Origin: Eubacteriales bacterium
GTDB taxonomy: Bacteria > Bacillota > Clostridia > Oscillospirales > CAG-272
Assembly: GCA_045533435.1 (NCBI GenBank)
Contig: JAZSHT010000002.1
Span: 1-57,004 of the forward strand
Reading direction: 5' to 3'
Length of the DNA stretch: 57,004 nucleotides
Shown: piece after piece, positions 21,111 to 29,262 of the stretch
Layout: each line of letters starts with the position of its first letter
How positions within the stretch are numbered: the first letter of the stretch is position 1
The notes under the pieces: model-generated
What the model was told of the DNA's origin: nothing
Database searches by the model: none
The model's input: only the letters and a program-made list of their open reading frames with translations
Translations under genes and position numbers: made by a program

Positions 21111-21397
21111 TTATATACTTTTCCACCGACAGTGTGGAAAAGTATATAATTCACTTATTTAAAAGTGAATTATTTTCCACAAGATGAGTGGAAAAGTATA
21201 TAATTCTAAGCGTAGCGAAAGAATTAATTTCCACCGACAGTGTGGAAAAGTATATAATTGACTCCCTAAAAGAGTCAATTATTTCCACATTTTTTGTGGA
21301 AAAGTATATAATTACGAACGCAGAGAAGTAATTTTTTTCAACGATTTTTGTTGAAAAGTATATAATTAACTTATTAAAAATTTAAATAATTTCCACT
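21111..21397. promoter_or_regulatory. oriC upstream DnaA-box cluster: five 54-bp tandem units, each with an inverted box pair TTCCAC-N7/8-GTGGAA + AAGTATATAATT + a variable palindrome
   Basis: GTGGAAAAG/GTTGAAAAG starts at 21134, 21188, 21242, 21296 and 21350, an exact 54-bp spacing. TGTGGAAAA equals the DnaA box TTATCCACA with one mismatch. Confidence 0.85.
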
Positions 21398-21550
21398 TTT
21401 TAATTAAAAAATAGAGTATTTTAAAGTATTTTAAGCGGTTAGAGAAAATAAAAATTTACAAAAATGTAATAAATAAATACTTAAAATAATTAAAATTTAA
21501 TTTTCAGGTTATAAAATAAAATAAAAAAGCAAAAATAATATAAAAAGTAG

Positions 21551-21579
21551 TTGACAATTTCAAAAAAGTGTGATATTAT
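21551..21579 (+). promoter_or_regulatory. Sigma-A promoter: TTGACA, 17-bp spacer, TGa-TATTAT
   Basis: Perfect -35, 17-nt spacer and an extended -10, read directly. Confidence 0.75.
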
Positions 21580-21586
21580 ATCTGTG

Positions 21587-21776
21587 CTTGAAAAGTAAAT
21601 AGCATGTTGTTGTGTAATAGATAGGGGTATCTTTACTTCGCAAAGTGCCTAATCAAAATTCCTTGTGAGCGAGCTCCCAGATGATTTTGATTGGCATACG
21701 CAGCGGATTCGCAAATAAATTTGCGAGCCGTTTCGATACAAGCCCTGCATATTAACGCAACGGAGTGCATTAATAT
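21587..21776 (+). ncRNA. Structured leader or unknown ncRNA of about 190 nt upstream of tRNA-Ser
   Basis: Three hairpins at 21647-21695, 21704-21730 and 21732-21790. The last pairs a leader copy of the tRNA 3' acceptor strand (CCCTGC) with the tRNA 5' acceptor/D region. No family recognised. Confidence 0.35.
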
Positions 21777-21864
21777 GCAGGGGTATCGAAGCGGTCATAA
21801 CGAGGCGGTCTTGAAAACCGTTTGGCCAAAAGCCACGAGGGTTCGAATCCCTCCCCCTGCGCCA
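21777..21864 (+). tRNA. tRNA-Ser (anticodon UGA), CCA encoded
   Basis: Acceptor GCAGGGG/CCCCTGC, anticodon loop cTTGAaa, long variable arm tggccaaaagcca, T-arm gagggTTCGAATccctc, discriminator G and CCA. Confidence 0.9.
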
Positions 21865-21868
21865 AGAG

Positions 21869-21910
21869 AGACTCAGTTGAACCCCTAAGGTTACGCTGAG
21901 TCTTTTTTAT
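21869..21910 (+). terminator. Rho-independent terminator after the tRNA
   Basis: agactcag...ctgagtct stem followed by ttttttatttt. Confidence 0.8.
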
Positions 21911-21983
21911 TTTCATAAGCATTTGAAAACTCGGTTATTTGTGGTTTTATTCACACATATCCGAGTTTTTTGCTTTATTAAAC

Positions 21984-22208
21984 TTACAGTAAGTCCTCCA
22001 CAACATCTTCAAAATGAATTTCTTCTAAGCCGAGCTTGTTACAATTATCAATTAGATTTTGAACAGTGGCTTTATTATGTGTCAAATCATTAAAAGCCTT
22101 TATTAATTCATATGAATTGCTATCATTCTGTTCAATAAGAGCAATACCATAAAAATCAAGTTCCTTTTCTGTATGATATGTGGTAGTTGTAAGTATGTAC
22201 TTTTTCAT
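21984..22208 (-). CDS. Hypothetical 74-aa protein downstream of XRE copy 1
   Basis: ORF with an RBS, separated by 9 nt from the XRE gene stop. No family recognised. Confidence 0.5.
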   Translation of the reverse strand: MKKYILTTTTYHTEKELDFYGIALIEQNDSNSYELIKAFNDLTHNKATVQNLIDNCNKLGLEEIHFEDVVEDLL

Positions 22209-22217
22209 TTTTCTCTC

Positions 22218-22451
22218 CTATACTAATGATAAATCTTTTCCATAAACGCATATGCTTAATTCACCGACATTAATATCTAATGCCATAAATATCCGTTTTA
22301 GCGTTGACCACTTTGGATCTGCATCACCGAGTTCAATGTTTTCTAGTCCTGTTATACTCGTATCACTTAACTCGGCAAGCTCCGCAACTGTCAAATGCTT
22401 ATACTCTCTTTTATCTCGTATAAATCTACCAATGTCACGATAAACTGTCAT
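22218..22451 (-). CDS. XRE-family HTH regulator (copy 1 of 3)
   Basis: HTH LTVAELAELSDTSITGLENIELGDADPKWSTLKRIF. Paralogues lie at 41892-42131 and, truncated, at 40153-40335. Confidence 0.8.
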   Translation of the reverse strand: MTVYRDIGRFIRDKREYKHLTVAELAELSDTSITGLENIELGDADPKWSTLKRIFMALDINVGELSICVYGKDLSLV

Positions 22452-23022
22452 TTTACCACCTCCAATCTAAATGATTTTAAGAGGTGTTAAAACTATTTAA
22501 AATCTACTGCGCTTGATAATTATGACCTAATTATTAAATCTTAACTTCCTTTACAAAGATAATTAAAATTCAACAAAAATAGGTCGTATTTTTATAATTT
22601 TATACTTAATTTTGTCCTTTCTTTTTTCGGTACTTCACTATGCTCGGCGCTTCACTATGGCAAATTAGAATGGGTTCAAAAGACTTTGTCCTACTCGCTG
22701 TTTGCCGCCCTCCTTTTCTTAACGATATATTTGTTAAGAATCACCATTACCTTTTTTCTAATTTTCCCCCTACTTTTAGCCTCTTGCGTTACCGTTTTAC
22801 CACAGACCTCGTGTTTGTAAACACGCTAATTTCCAAAAAATTTTTCTTTTTTAAGTCAAGTATTTATTACTTGGCTTTTTTCTTTTTAGAAAATTTTTTG
22901 GTATCCTCCACAAAAAGTTTTTGCATGTTGACAAACACCTGAGAACAAAAAGATATAAGCATATAACCGGTCAGTGGTGTCAGCACTTCGTGCCAAAAGG
23001 CTAAAAATAGGAGGAAAGAAAA

Positions 23023-23349
23023 ATGAAAAAGGTAATTTATTCTATCACAAATCTATCTAAAAAGGAGAGCGACAAGCTCACAGGAGTCGGCTTTATCACA
23101 GAGAGTGATTTGCTCATAGCTCGTTTGAGCAGAAAGGGCTCAGCATATATTAAGAATTTCGTTGATTGCATTAAGCATTGTTTCCCTGTTATGAACAAAA
23201 CTGATGAATTCAAAGGAGCTTATTCAGAGTTCGTTAAATTTGATGCTCCTGTAAAGGATGATAAACAAAGAAATCCAGAAGTTATCAGCTATGAAACAAT
23301 CGAAACACAAGTTCACTACACCATTTGGTTCAAGATAATAGAAGATTAA
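23023..23349 (+). CDS. Hypothetical protein (108 aa)
   Basis: RBS aggagg. First gene of a same-strand array of small genes. Confidence 0.5.
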   Translation: MKKVIYSITNLSKKESDKLTGVGFITESDLLIARLSRKGSAYIKNFVDCIKHCFPVMNKTDEFKGAYSEFVKFDAPVKDDKQRNPEVISYETIETQVHYTIWFKIIED

Positions 23350-23361
23350 GGAGGTGAAAAT

Positions 23362-23589
23362 ATGAATACTACTAATCAAAAATTTTATGATTTTCATAAT
23401 GGATATAACTTCGTAACATTCGGCTTAATTGAGCTGGATGTTGCGAATGAAAAAGCAATAGTTGCAATAAGTGATTTAGGCAAAATTATTGTAACTGACT
23501 ATTACCTACTTGAAGATAAAAATGGAGATTTGTATTTTGAGTATGGTGTAGATTATGAAAAAATATATATTAAAGATTTTGAAAATTAA
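23362..23589 (+). CDS. Hypothetical protein (75 aa)
   Basis: RBS aaggagg, tightly packed in the array. Confidence 0.45.
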   Translation: MNTTNQKFYDFHNGYNFVTFGLIELDVANEKAIVAISDLGKIIVTDYYLLEDKNGDLYFEYGVDYEKIYIKDFEN

Positions 23590-23602
23590 AGGAGATTTAA
23601 AA

Positions 23603-24241
23603 ATGAAAGTATTTGTATCAGGTTCTAAAAATGTATCGTCATTCGATAATGAAATATTAAAGGTTCTCAACAGAATCGTGGAAAACAATCACGAAATATT
23701 GGTTGGCGACTGTGATGGCGTTGATGCTTCAATTCAAAAGTATATGCAAGAAAAATCACATACTAATATTACTGTGTATTTTGTAGGCTCTGAACCAAAA
23801 AATGCACAAGAGCCATTTAAGCAAAGAAAGGTTGATACCCTCGGTAAATTGAGTCCTTATGAATATTATCAGCAAAAGGATATTCAAATGACACGAGATG
23901 CTGATGTTGGCTTCGTTATTTGGGATGAAGCAAGTAAAGGCTCAAGAGATAACATTCAAAGGCTTATTCAAATGGATAAACCAGTGGTAATTTATTCGAC
24001 TAAAAGAAATAAGCTGCTAAGAATGAAATCTAAATATTCTCCAAGCGAGGTATTTATGAATGTTCGTGAAACAGCAGGTGCAACAAAAAACATATACAAA
24101 GGCAGATTAAAGCCTGAATTTATCGGCTTTTTGACAGATAAGCAAATAGCTGATATTTGCGATAATTACGATAAAAATTTCGGTTACAATGTGAAAATAG
24201 ACCAAAATGGCTATTTTACTTGTGAAATATACGTAGATTGA
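23603..24241 (+). CDS. SLOG/DUF2493-like Rossmannoid protein (212 aa)
   Basis: MKVFVSGSK...ILVGDCDGVDASIQKY resembles the GxxGxD nucleotide-binding pattern of SLOG/DprA-like folds. Start set at the ATG after RBS aaaggag. Confidence 0.4.
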   Translation: MKVFVSGSKNVSSFDNEILKVLNRIVENNHEILVGDCDGVDASIQKYMQEKSHTNITVYFVGSEPKNAQEPFKQRKVDTLGKLSPYEYYQQKDIQMTRDADVGFVIWDEASKGSRDNIQRLIQMDKPVVIYSTKRNKLLRMKSKYSPSEVFMNVRETAGATKNIYKGRLKPEFIGFLTDKQIADICDNYDKNFGYNVKIDQNGYFTCEIYVD

Positions 24242-24255
24242 GAAAGGAGGGTAAT

Positions 24256-24486
24256 ATGCGAATATACAAAGGAACTAAAGAAGATAAAAGGGCTTTCGTA
24301 AAGGAAGTCCTTTTTGATTTATTAGTAATGACTAATTTCGGTTGGTATGGTGCTGAATATGAGGACATACCGAACAAGGGCGAATACATTTATCTTTTAG
24401 ATAAAGACGGTGTAAGATGCCAAAAAATTGATGTTACGGCAGATAGTATAACTGCTATTATTCAAGATGTATTTAAGAAAATTTAA
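24256..24486 (+). CDS. Hypothetical protein (76 aa)
   Basis: RBS gaaaggaggg, ATG at 24256. Confidence 0.45.
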   Translation: MRIYKGTKEDKRAFVKEVLFDLLVMTNFGWYGAEYEDIPNKGEYIYLLDKDGVRCQKIDVTADSITAIIQDVFKKI

Positions 24487-24498
24487 GGAGATTAAAAA

Positions 24499-25055
24499 AT
24501 GATTAGTACAGGAAATGTATCAATAGTTATAGGCTCTTGGGGTTCATATAACGAATGTAACGAAAGAGCTTTAGGTTCTGGCTTAACCTTGAAGATTACT
24601 CAGATTGGGATGAAATCTTAGAAGAACTTGAAAAACAAGGCTTTGAGCTTGACGGTATTGACGAAGAATTATTCATTCAAGACATAGAAGGAATACCGTC
24701 AAACAGCACAAATTGGGACTGCGTAAACCCACAAACACTTTTTGAAACCTTAAAGGAGTCAGAAATACTTGATAATTCATATAAATATGAGATATTTGAA
24801 GCTTATGTTGAAGTAAGAAGTTTTAGATGCTGGGAAGAACTTGTAGAAAAATACGGTTCTTCTTGGGCTGATGATATAAATCTTTACAAAAATATGGACT
24901 TTAAGGATTTAGCTTATCATATGATACACGAGGTTTGTTGTTACGAAATACCTGAATGGCTTGAAAATTATGTTGACTATGAAGCATATGGTCGTGATTT
25001 AAGCTTTGACGGTTACGAAGAATATTCAGGCGGAATTATAGAAATAGGGAGATAA
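24499..25055 (+). pseudogene. ardA: ArdA-like antirestriction protein, frameshifted near 24585-24595
   Basis: N-terminal frame gives IVIGSWGSYNECNERALGSG. A second frame continues LNLEDYSDWDEILEELEKQGFELDGIDEELFIQDIEG...WLENYVDYEAYGRDLSFDGY. Both are ArdA-typical. Confidence 0.65.
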
Positions 25056-25058
25056 AAA

Positions 25059-25349
25059 ATTACAATTAAAGAGCTATATAAAAACAATTTTGAAGATGCA
25101 GTTACTACACTCTGCTACGAGTCTGATTATTACATAACAAGCATTGAGATAATAAAAGACTTTATTAAGAAGCTGCTTGATGAAGATAATTTTACCTTTG
25201 CTGAACACTTAATAGTGGCTTTAAATAATACGGATGCTTACTACTATGATTATGACTTTTCATTAGGAACGTTTGAAACGCCAAAGCCACTTACAGAGCT
25301 TGAGAACTTAGAAGAATATTGCGATGATTACAAGGAGATACGACAATGA
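25059..25349 (+). CDS. Hypothetical 96-codon ORF with no ATG/GTG/TTG start (possible ATT start), in frame with and 3 nt after the ardA stop
   Basis: Open frame ITIKELYKNNFEDAV...EYCDDYKEIRQ. Its stop overlaps the next gene's ATG (caATGa), which suggests it is translated. Confidence 0.35.
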   Translation: MTIKELYKNNFEDAVTTLCYESDYYITSIEIIKDFIKKLLDEDNFTFAEHLIVALNNTDAYYYDYDFSLGTFETPKPLTELENLEEYCDDYKEIRQ

Positions 25350-25597
25350 AAAACACAAAACAGCTTTATGCTATTTTAACTGCCATTCAATGTATCAATC
25401 AAACAAACGGACACAGGGATGAAGATATTGCTAATTTGCTTAAATATGTATCTATTTATATCACAAATAGCAATTACAATATGCTTACTCTTACCTGTAT
25501 TAACAGAACCAAAGAAGAGATAATGCCGGAGCTTAATAAGTTGCTTGGCGCAGAAACAAAATATCTTGAATTCTTAGAAAGGATGAAAAAACGATGA
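25346..25597 (+). CDS. Hypothetical protein (83 aa)
   Basis: Overlapping start/stop coupling within the array. Confidence 0.45.
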   Translation: MKNTKQLYAILTAIQCINQTNGHRDEDIANLLKYVSIYITNSNYNMLTLTCINRTKEEIMPELNKLLGAETKYLEFLERMKKR

Positions 25598-25794
25598 CGC
25601 CGTACAAAGCAGATGCACACATTCATTCTCTTAATGGCGAGATAAAAGAAGTTAATGTTCTTGCCATTGACACAGAAAGCGAGTCTTGCCCGGTTTACAT
25701 AGTTGAATACAACGGAGTTAAATGTAAGGCTCGTTTCAACCCATTCGTTTGTATGCTCTATGCAGACGATAAATACGAAATTATAAAGGAGTAA
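25594..25794 (+). CDS. Hypothetical protein (66 aa)
   Basis: ATGA overlap with the previous gene. Confidence 0.45.
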   Translation: MTPYKADAHIHSLNGEIKEVNVLAIDTESESCPVYIVEYNGVKCKARFNPFVCMLYADDKYEIIKE

Positions 25795-25799
25795 ATGCT

Positions 25800-25958
25800 A
25801 TGGAAAACTTAACAATCGAGGATATGAACACGGCAATAAATGATTTCATTGACACATATTGGGGTACAGCCATTGGTGAAAGTATATATCACAAACGAGC
25901 AAACACCTCAGATGATGATTATGACGGACTTAAAGACATATATGAGGAAATACAATAA
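25800..25958 (+). CDS. Hypothetical small protein (52 aa)
   Basis: ATG at 25800. Its stop overlaps the next ATG (taATG). Not in the supplied track because it is under 60 aa. Confidence 0.35.
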   Translation: MENLTIEDMNTAINDFIDTYWGTAIGESIYHKRANTSDDDYDGLKDIYEEIQ

Positions 25959-26191
25959 TGAAGGATAACAAATACGGATACAAGCTATACAAGCAAAAGC
26001 AAAACGAAAAATACAAGCTTTTTAATTACTGCTATTCTTATGATTTTGTATTAAAAATAATTGAAATGTATAAAAGGAGAAAAATAATCGTTATTGGTGA
26101 AAACAAAGAAATAGCAAAAAACTCTAATTTCAAAATTATTCCCATAACTAAATATGAGGCTATGATGGCTGAAAAAGATGTTCCCTTCTGA
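25958..26191 (+). CDS. Hypothetical protein (77 aa)
   Basis: Translationally coupled within the array. Confidence 0.45.
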   Translation: MKDNKYGYKLYKQKQNEKYKLFNYCYSYDFVLKIIEMYKRRKIIVIGENKEIAKNSNFKIIPITKYEAMMAEKDVPF

Positions 26192-26245
26192 CACAATGTT
26201 GTGCAGATGGGCTTTTTTATTTATACAGATTGTGAGGTAAAATAA

Positions 26246-26416
26246 ATGAAATATATAACTCTTGAAGAACTAAAAGAAAAGGAAAAGCAGCTTATCGAGG
26301 AATATAACGAAAATATGGCGAAAAAATGGAATGTGTTCGCTGAGCATTCTCTTAAATGCCTTGAAGCTGTCAGATATGTAATAAAACTTATTGAAAATAA
26401 AGGAGAAAGACAATGA
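26246..26416 (+). CDS. Hypothetical small protein (56 aa)
   Basis: ATG at 26246. Its stop overlaps the next start (caATGa). Confidence 0.35.
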   Translation: MKYITLEELKEKEKQLIEEYNENMAKKWNVFAEHSLKCLEAVRYVIKLIENKGERQ

Positions 26417-27408
26417 GCAATATAGCTTTAAAAACAAAGACTAAGGAACACGAAATATTAAAAGCGTACCTTGAAGAAAATGCAAGTGATATTCTTGCCG
26501 AAAAAATAAATAACGGTGTTAAAATCCAAAAGGATGGTAAGACACTCATAAATAAAAAGACTCTTGAAACATTTATGTACTTTGCAACCGAAGAAGCTAA
26601 AAAATTGGCTGAAAAGGGTGCAAGAAGTGCTATGATTGAAGATAAGGTAGTGTTTGGTTGGTTAATACACTACTTTGAAGAGGATTCCATTGAAGGACTT
26701 TTATACAACGAGGACGGCAGCGAATATAAAAAGCCCGTTTCCGTTAGAAAGCCTACTCCTAAGCCGGAGGTTAAAATTGAAGCTAAACCACCTAAAAAGA
26801 AGATTGGTGAGGTTATTTCAATTTTTGAGGGCTTAGAGGATATATTCTCTACACCGAAGGACAATGATGGCTCTGATGATAACAATGACGATATAATTGA
26901 GGAAGAAGATCCTGAAATCGAAGAAGAGGTGGTTGAAGAGCCTGCCGAGAAAATTGAATTTAAACCACCTATTGAAGAAAAGCCAAAGCTCACCTTGTAC
27001 GATACATATATGGAAGTGCAAGGCAGATACCCCGACCACATTGTAATGAAGCGTATGGGCGATTTTTACGAGGTTTTTGGCGACAACGCTACTTTACTCG
27101 GTAACGAGTTAAATATGACAATAACCGCCCGAGAATTAGGTAATAATCATAGATTTGCTATGATTGACTTTCCTTTTCATTCCTTTGAGGCTTATGCCGG
27201 TAGAATACTAAAAAAATACTCTATCGTAATAATTGAAAACGGTAAAGAAACTGTAAGAAATAAAATAGAGCCTGTCAAACTTGAAAATGAAGGAATTGTA
27301 GTTGATAAAAAGACGGGTGAGGTAGTTGACGAGGAATTGCCATATAGCATTGAACACGTTGCTATCTTAGCAGAAATATTTGGTATTGAAAATTTGGAGG
27401 GCTGTTAA
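26413..27408 (+). CDS. PcfK/AcrIIA9-like N-terminal domain, acidic linker, MutS domain-I-like C-terminal domain
   Basis: N-terminal KEHEILKAYLEENASDILAEKI...WLIHYFEEDSIEG (PcfK-like pattern). C-terminal YMEVQGRYPDHIVMKRMGDFYEVFGDNATLLGNELNMTIT...FPFHSFEAYAGRILKKYSIVIIE matches the MutS mismatch-binding domain, including Phe-X-Glu. Confidence 0.6.
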   Translation: MSNIALKTKTKEHEILKAYLEENASDILAEKINNGVKIQKDGKTLINKKTLETFMYFATEEAKKLAEKGARSAMIEDKVVFGWLIHYFEEDSIEGLLYNEDGSEYKKPVSVRKPTPKPEVKIEAKPPKKKIGEVISIFEGLEDIFSTPKDNDGSDDNNDDIIEEEDPEIEEEVVEEPAEKIEFKPPIEEKPKLTLYDTYMEVQGRYPDHIVMKRMGDFYEVFGDNATLLGNELNMTITARELGNNHRFAMIDFPFHSFEAYAGRILKKYSIVIIENGKETVRNKIEPVKLENEGIVVDKKTGEVVDEELPYSIEHVAILAEIFGIENLEGC

Positions 27409-27409
27409 A

Positions 27410-28735
27410 ATGAAAATTGAAAAGATTAAGCCTATCCCTAAATATATATTAAAGCTCATTAAAAAGACGGATTTGGAAAGCTATAAGGCTCAAAACGGCT
27501 TTACAAGATACTATTCCTATCTTACTAAAAATGACGGTGAGCTTGTGCAGGTCATAGTTGCAGTAAAAAACAGATATACAAAATGGCTTTGTAAACAGGT
27601 TGTTGTTCACTCTATGAACTCAAAGGATTGCTTTGTAAAGGACATAGCGTTATTTTGGATAGGCGGATATACAACAAATTGGCATCCTGAAGGATATGGA
27701 CGTGAGGTTTGGTATGCTGACGGTGAATGGGGAAAAGCTGATGATAGATATTTCCACATTTGGTGTCCTTGCGTAAACAAAGAATACGTTGAAAAATTCC
27801 CTAAATACAAATACTGTGCATATAAAGAATATCCATATAACGACTTCTTTAAATACCTAACGGTATATGATAAATTTCCACAAGCAGAATATTTAGTGAA
27901 AATGGGCTTGCCCGGAAGAGCCATGAGCATTATGCTTTTAAGACAATGCAAAAAGGACAAGTCCTTCTGCAAGTGGTTATTTAAAAATCGTACTAAAATA
28001 AAATACGGTGGTTACTATGTAACTGCTATTCTCTTGGCTTACAAAAATGGTTGGGAATTAAGTAGAGCTCAATCCTATGAGGCTGCAAGAAAAAGACTCA
28101 TTCACGAGGAAGACTATCAGCCTGTAAGAGATATGCTTAAAAAGCGAGGTGATTATGAGAAATTTATCAAATATATAGAAAGCAACAAAATATCTTACAG
28201 AAGCTATTTTGACTATATTGAAGCCTGCAATCATCTTAACATTGATATGAATATCGACAAAAACAGATATCCTCACGATTTTAAGGTATGGCACGATATA
28301 CGCATAAACGAATATGCAAGTGCTAAGGCAAAAGCTGATGCTATTTTAAGAAAAGAATTTAATGCCAAATTCAAAACAATATCTAAAAAATATGAGTCTT
28401 TACAGGAAAACTGCAAAGGCTCATTTCTTTGTATTATAGCCAAAAGTCCTAACGAGCTTGTTAAAGAAGGAAACGCCTTGAACCATTGTGTAGGAAAAAG
28501 AGGATATGACAAAAAATTCGTTGATGAAGAAACACTTATCTTCTTTGTTCGTAATAAGGAAAATCCTAAAGTACCGCTTGTTACCATTGAATATTCTTTA
28601 TCAAGAAAGCAAGTGCTACAATGCTATGCTTATCACAATTCTGCTCCATCAAAGGAAATAACCGATTATGTTTACAACGAATGGCTGCCACACGCCAACA
28701 AGCAATTAAAGAAAATATTAAAATCTGCTGCGTAA
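27410..28735 (+). CDS. PcfJ-like protein
   Basis: C-terminal EGNALNHCVGKRGYDKKFVDEETLIFFVRNKENPKVPLVTIEY is the PcfJ-family hallmark. Adjacent to a PcfK-like gene as in conjugative elements. Confidence 0.65.
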   Translation: MKIEKIKPIPKYILKLIKKTDLESYKAQNGFTRYYSYLTKNDGELVQVIVAVKNRYTKWLCKQVVVHSMNSKDCFVKDIALFWIGGYTTNWHPEGYGREVWYADGEWGKADDRYFHIWCPCVNKEYVEKFPKYKYCAYKEYPYNDFFKYLTVYDKFPQAEYLVKMGLPGRAMSIMLLRQCKKDKSFCKWLFKNRTKIKYGGYYVTAILLAYKNGWELSRAQSYEAARKRLIHEEDYQPVRDMLKKRGDYEKFIKYIESNKISYRSYFDYIEACNHLNIDMNIDKNRYPHDFKVWHDIRINEYASAKAKADAILRKEFNAKFKTISKKYESLQENCKGSFLCIIAKSPNELVKEGNALNHCVGKRGYDKKFVDEETLIFFVRNKENPKVPLVTIEYSLSRKQVLQCYAYHNSAPSKEITDYVYNEWLPHANKQLKKILKSAA

Positions 28736-28748
28736 AGGGGGTGAATAT

Positions 28749-28931
28749 ATGATAATTGAAGTTACTTTCTATACCAAAAAGCAATTAAAAGCATATTTGA
28801 AAGAAAAGCAATATGACTTTGATAGCACAGAGAAATTTCACAAATGGTTATTTGAGTTTTTTGAAAACGGAAATACGATAACCGTTTTAGGCGAAGAAAT
28901 TGATTATCAATACTGTACTGAACTTATTTAA
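28749..28931 (+). CDS. Hypothetical protein (60 aa)
   Basis: ORF following a ggggg RBS-like tract. Confidence 0.35.
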   Translation: MIIEVTFYTKKQLKAYLKEKQYDFDSTEKFHKWLFEFFENGNTITVLGEEIDYQYCTELI

Positions 28932-28944
28932 AAGGAGAAACAAA

Positions 28945-29256
28945 ATGAAAACTTATTACAGAATTACAGCTTATCACAAGGAAAAGGATTTTACTGTTAT
29001 ACTTGACACTTACCAAATGTTTGATCAACTATGGGAATTTAGCGCCCTGCTCGTTGAAAAGGGATTTAAAATATTAGAGGTCGGAAGGCCTGCTAAATTC
29101 GGTGAGGGTAATACGCCTATAACTGATAAATATCCTAAAAAGTTTGTAGTCAGAGCTACGCAAGACGGAAAGCCTGATTACAAATATGTAAATGATAATG
29201 GCGATGCCAAAAAAGCGGTTTGCGTTAATTTCAGATACTACATTCCTCAAAAGTAA
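28945..29256 (+). CDS. Hypothetical protein (103 aa)
   Basis: RBS aaaggag, then ATG at 28945 (MKTYYRITAY). Confidence 0.45.
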   Translation: MKTYYRITAYHKEKDFTVILDTYQMFDQLWEFSALLVEKGFKILEVGRPAKFGEGNTPITDKYPKKFVVRATQDGKPDYKYVNDNGDAKKAVCVNFRYYIPQK

Positions 29257-29262
29257 ATAACA

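Noticed and set aside
21111-21397. A repeat-spacer pattern (30-bp repeat plus 24-bp variable spacer, 5 units) that superficially resembles a CRISPR array.
   Set aside because: The repeats are inverted DnaA-box pairs directly upstream of dnaA. The spacers are themselves palindromes closed by AATT. The unit length of 54 bp is short, and there are no cas genes or leader. This is an origin element, not CRISPR.
21691-21888. 65-aa ORF in the supplied track.
   Set aside because: It overlaps the tRNA-Ser gene and its structured leader and has no RBS. It is an artefact of the RNA gene.
22640-22942. 100-aa ORF in the long spacer upstream of the small-gene array.
   Set aside because: The sequence is low-complexity and Phe/Leu-rich, with no RBS, and it lies in a promoter or regulatory spacer. 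The only features I noted there are short hairpins and a direct repeat cttcactatg x2. I found no evidence of coding or of a long ssDNA-promoter-type hairpin.
22971-22986. A possible heptamer array inside the island (ggtcagtggtgtcagc).
   Set aside because: It has fewer than two units and no periodic continuation, so it does not qualify as an array. The island therefore still lacks the host repeat families.
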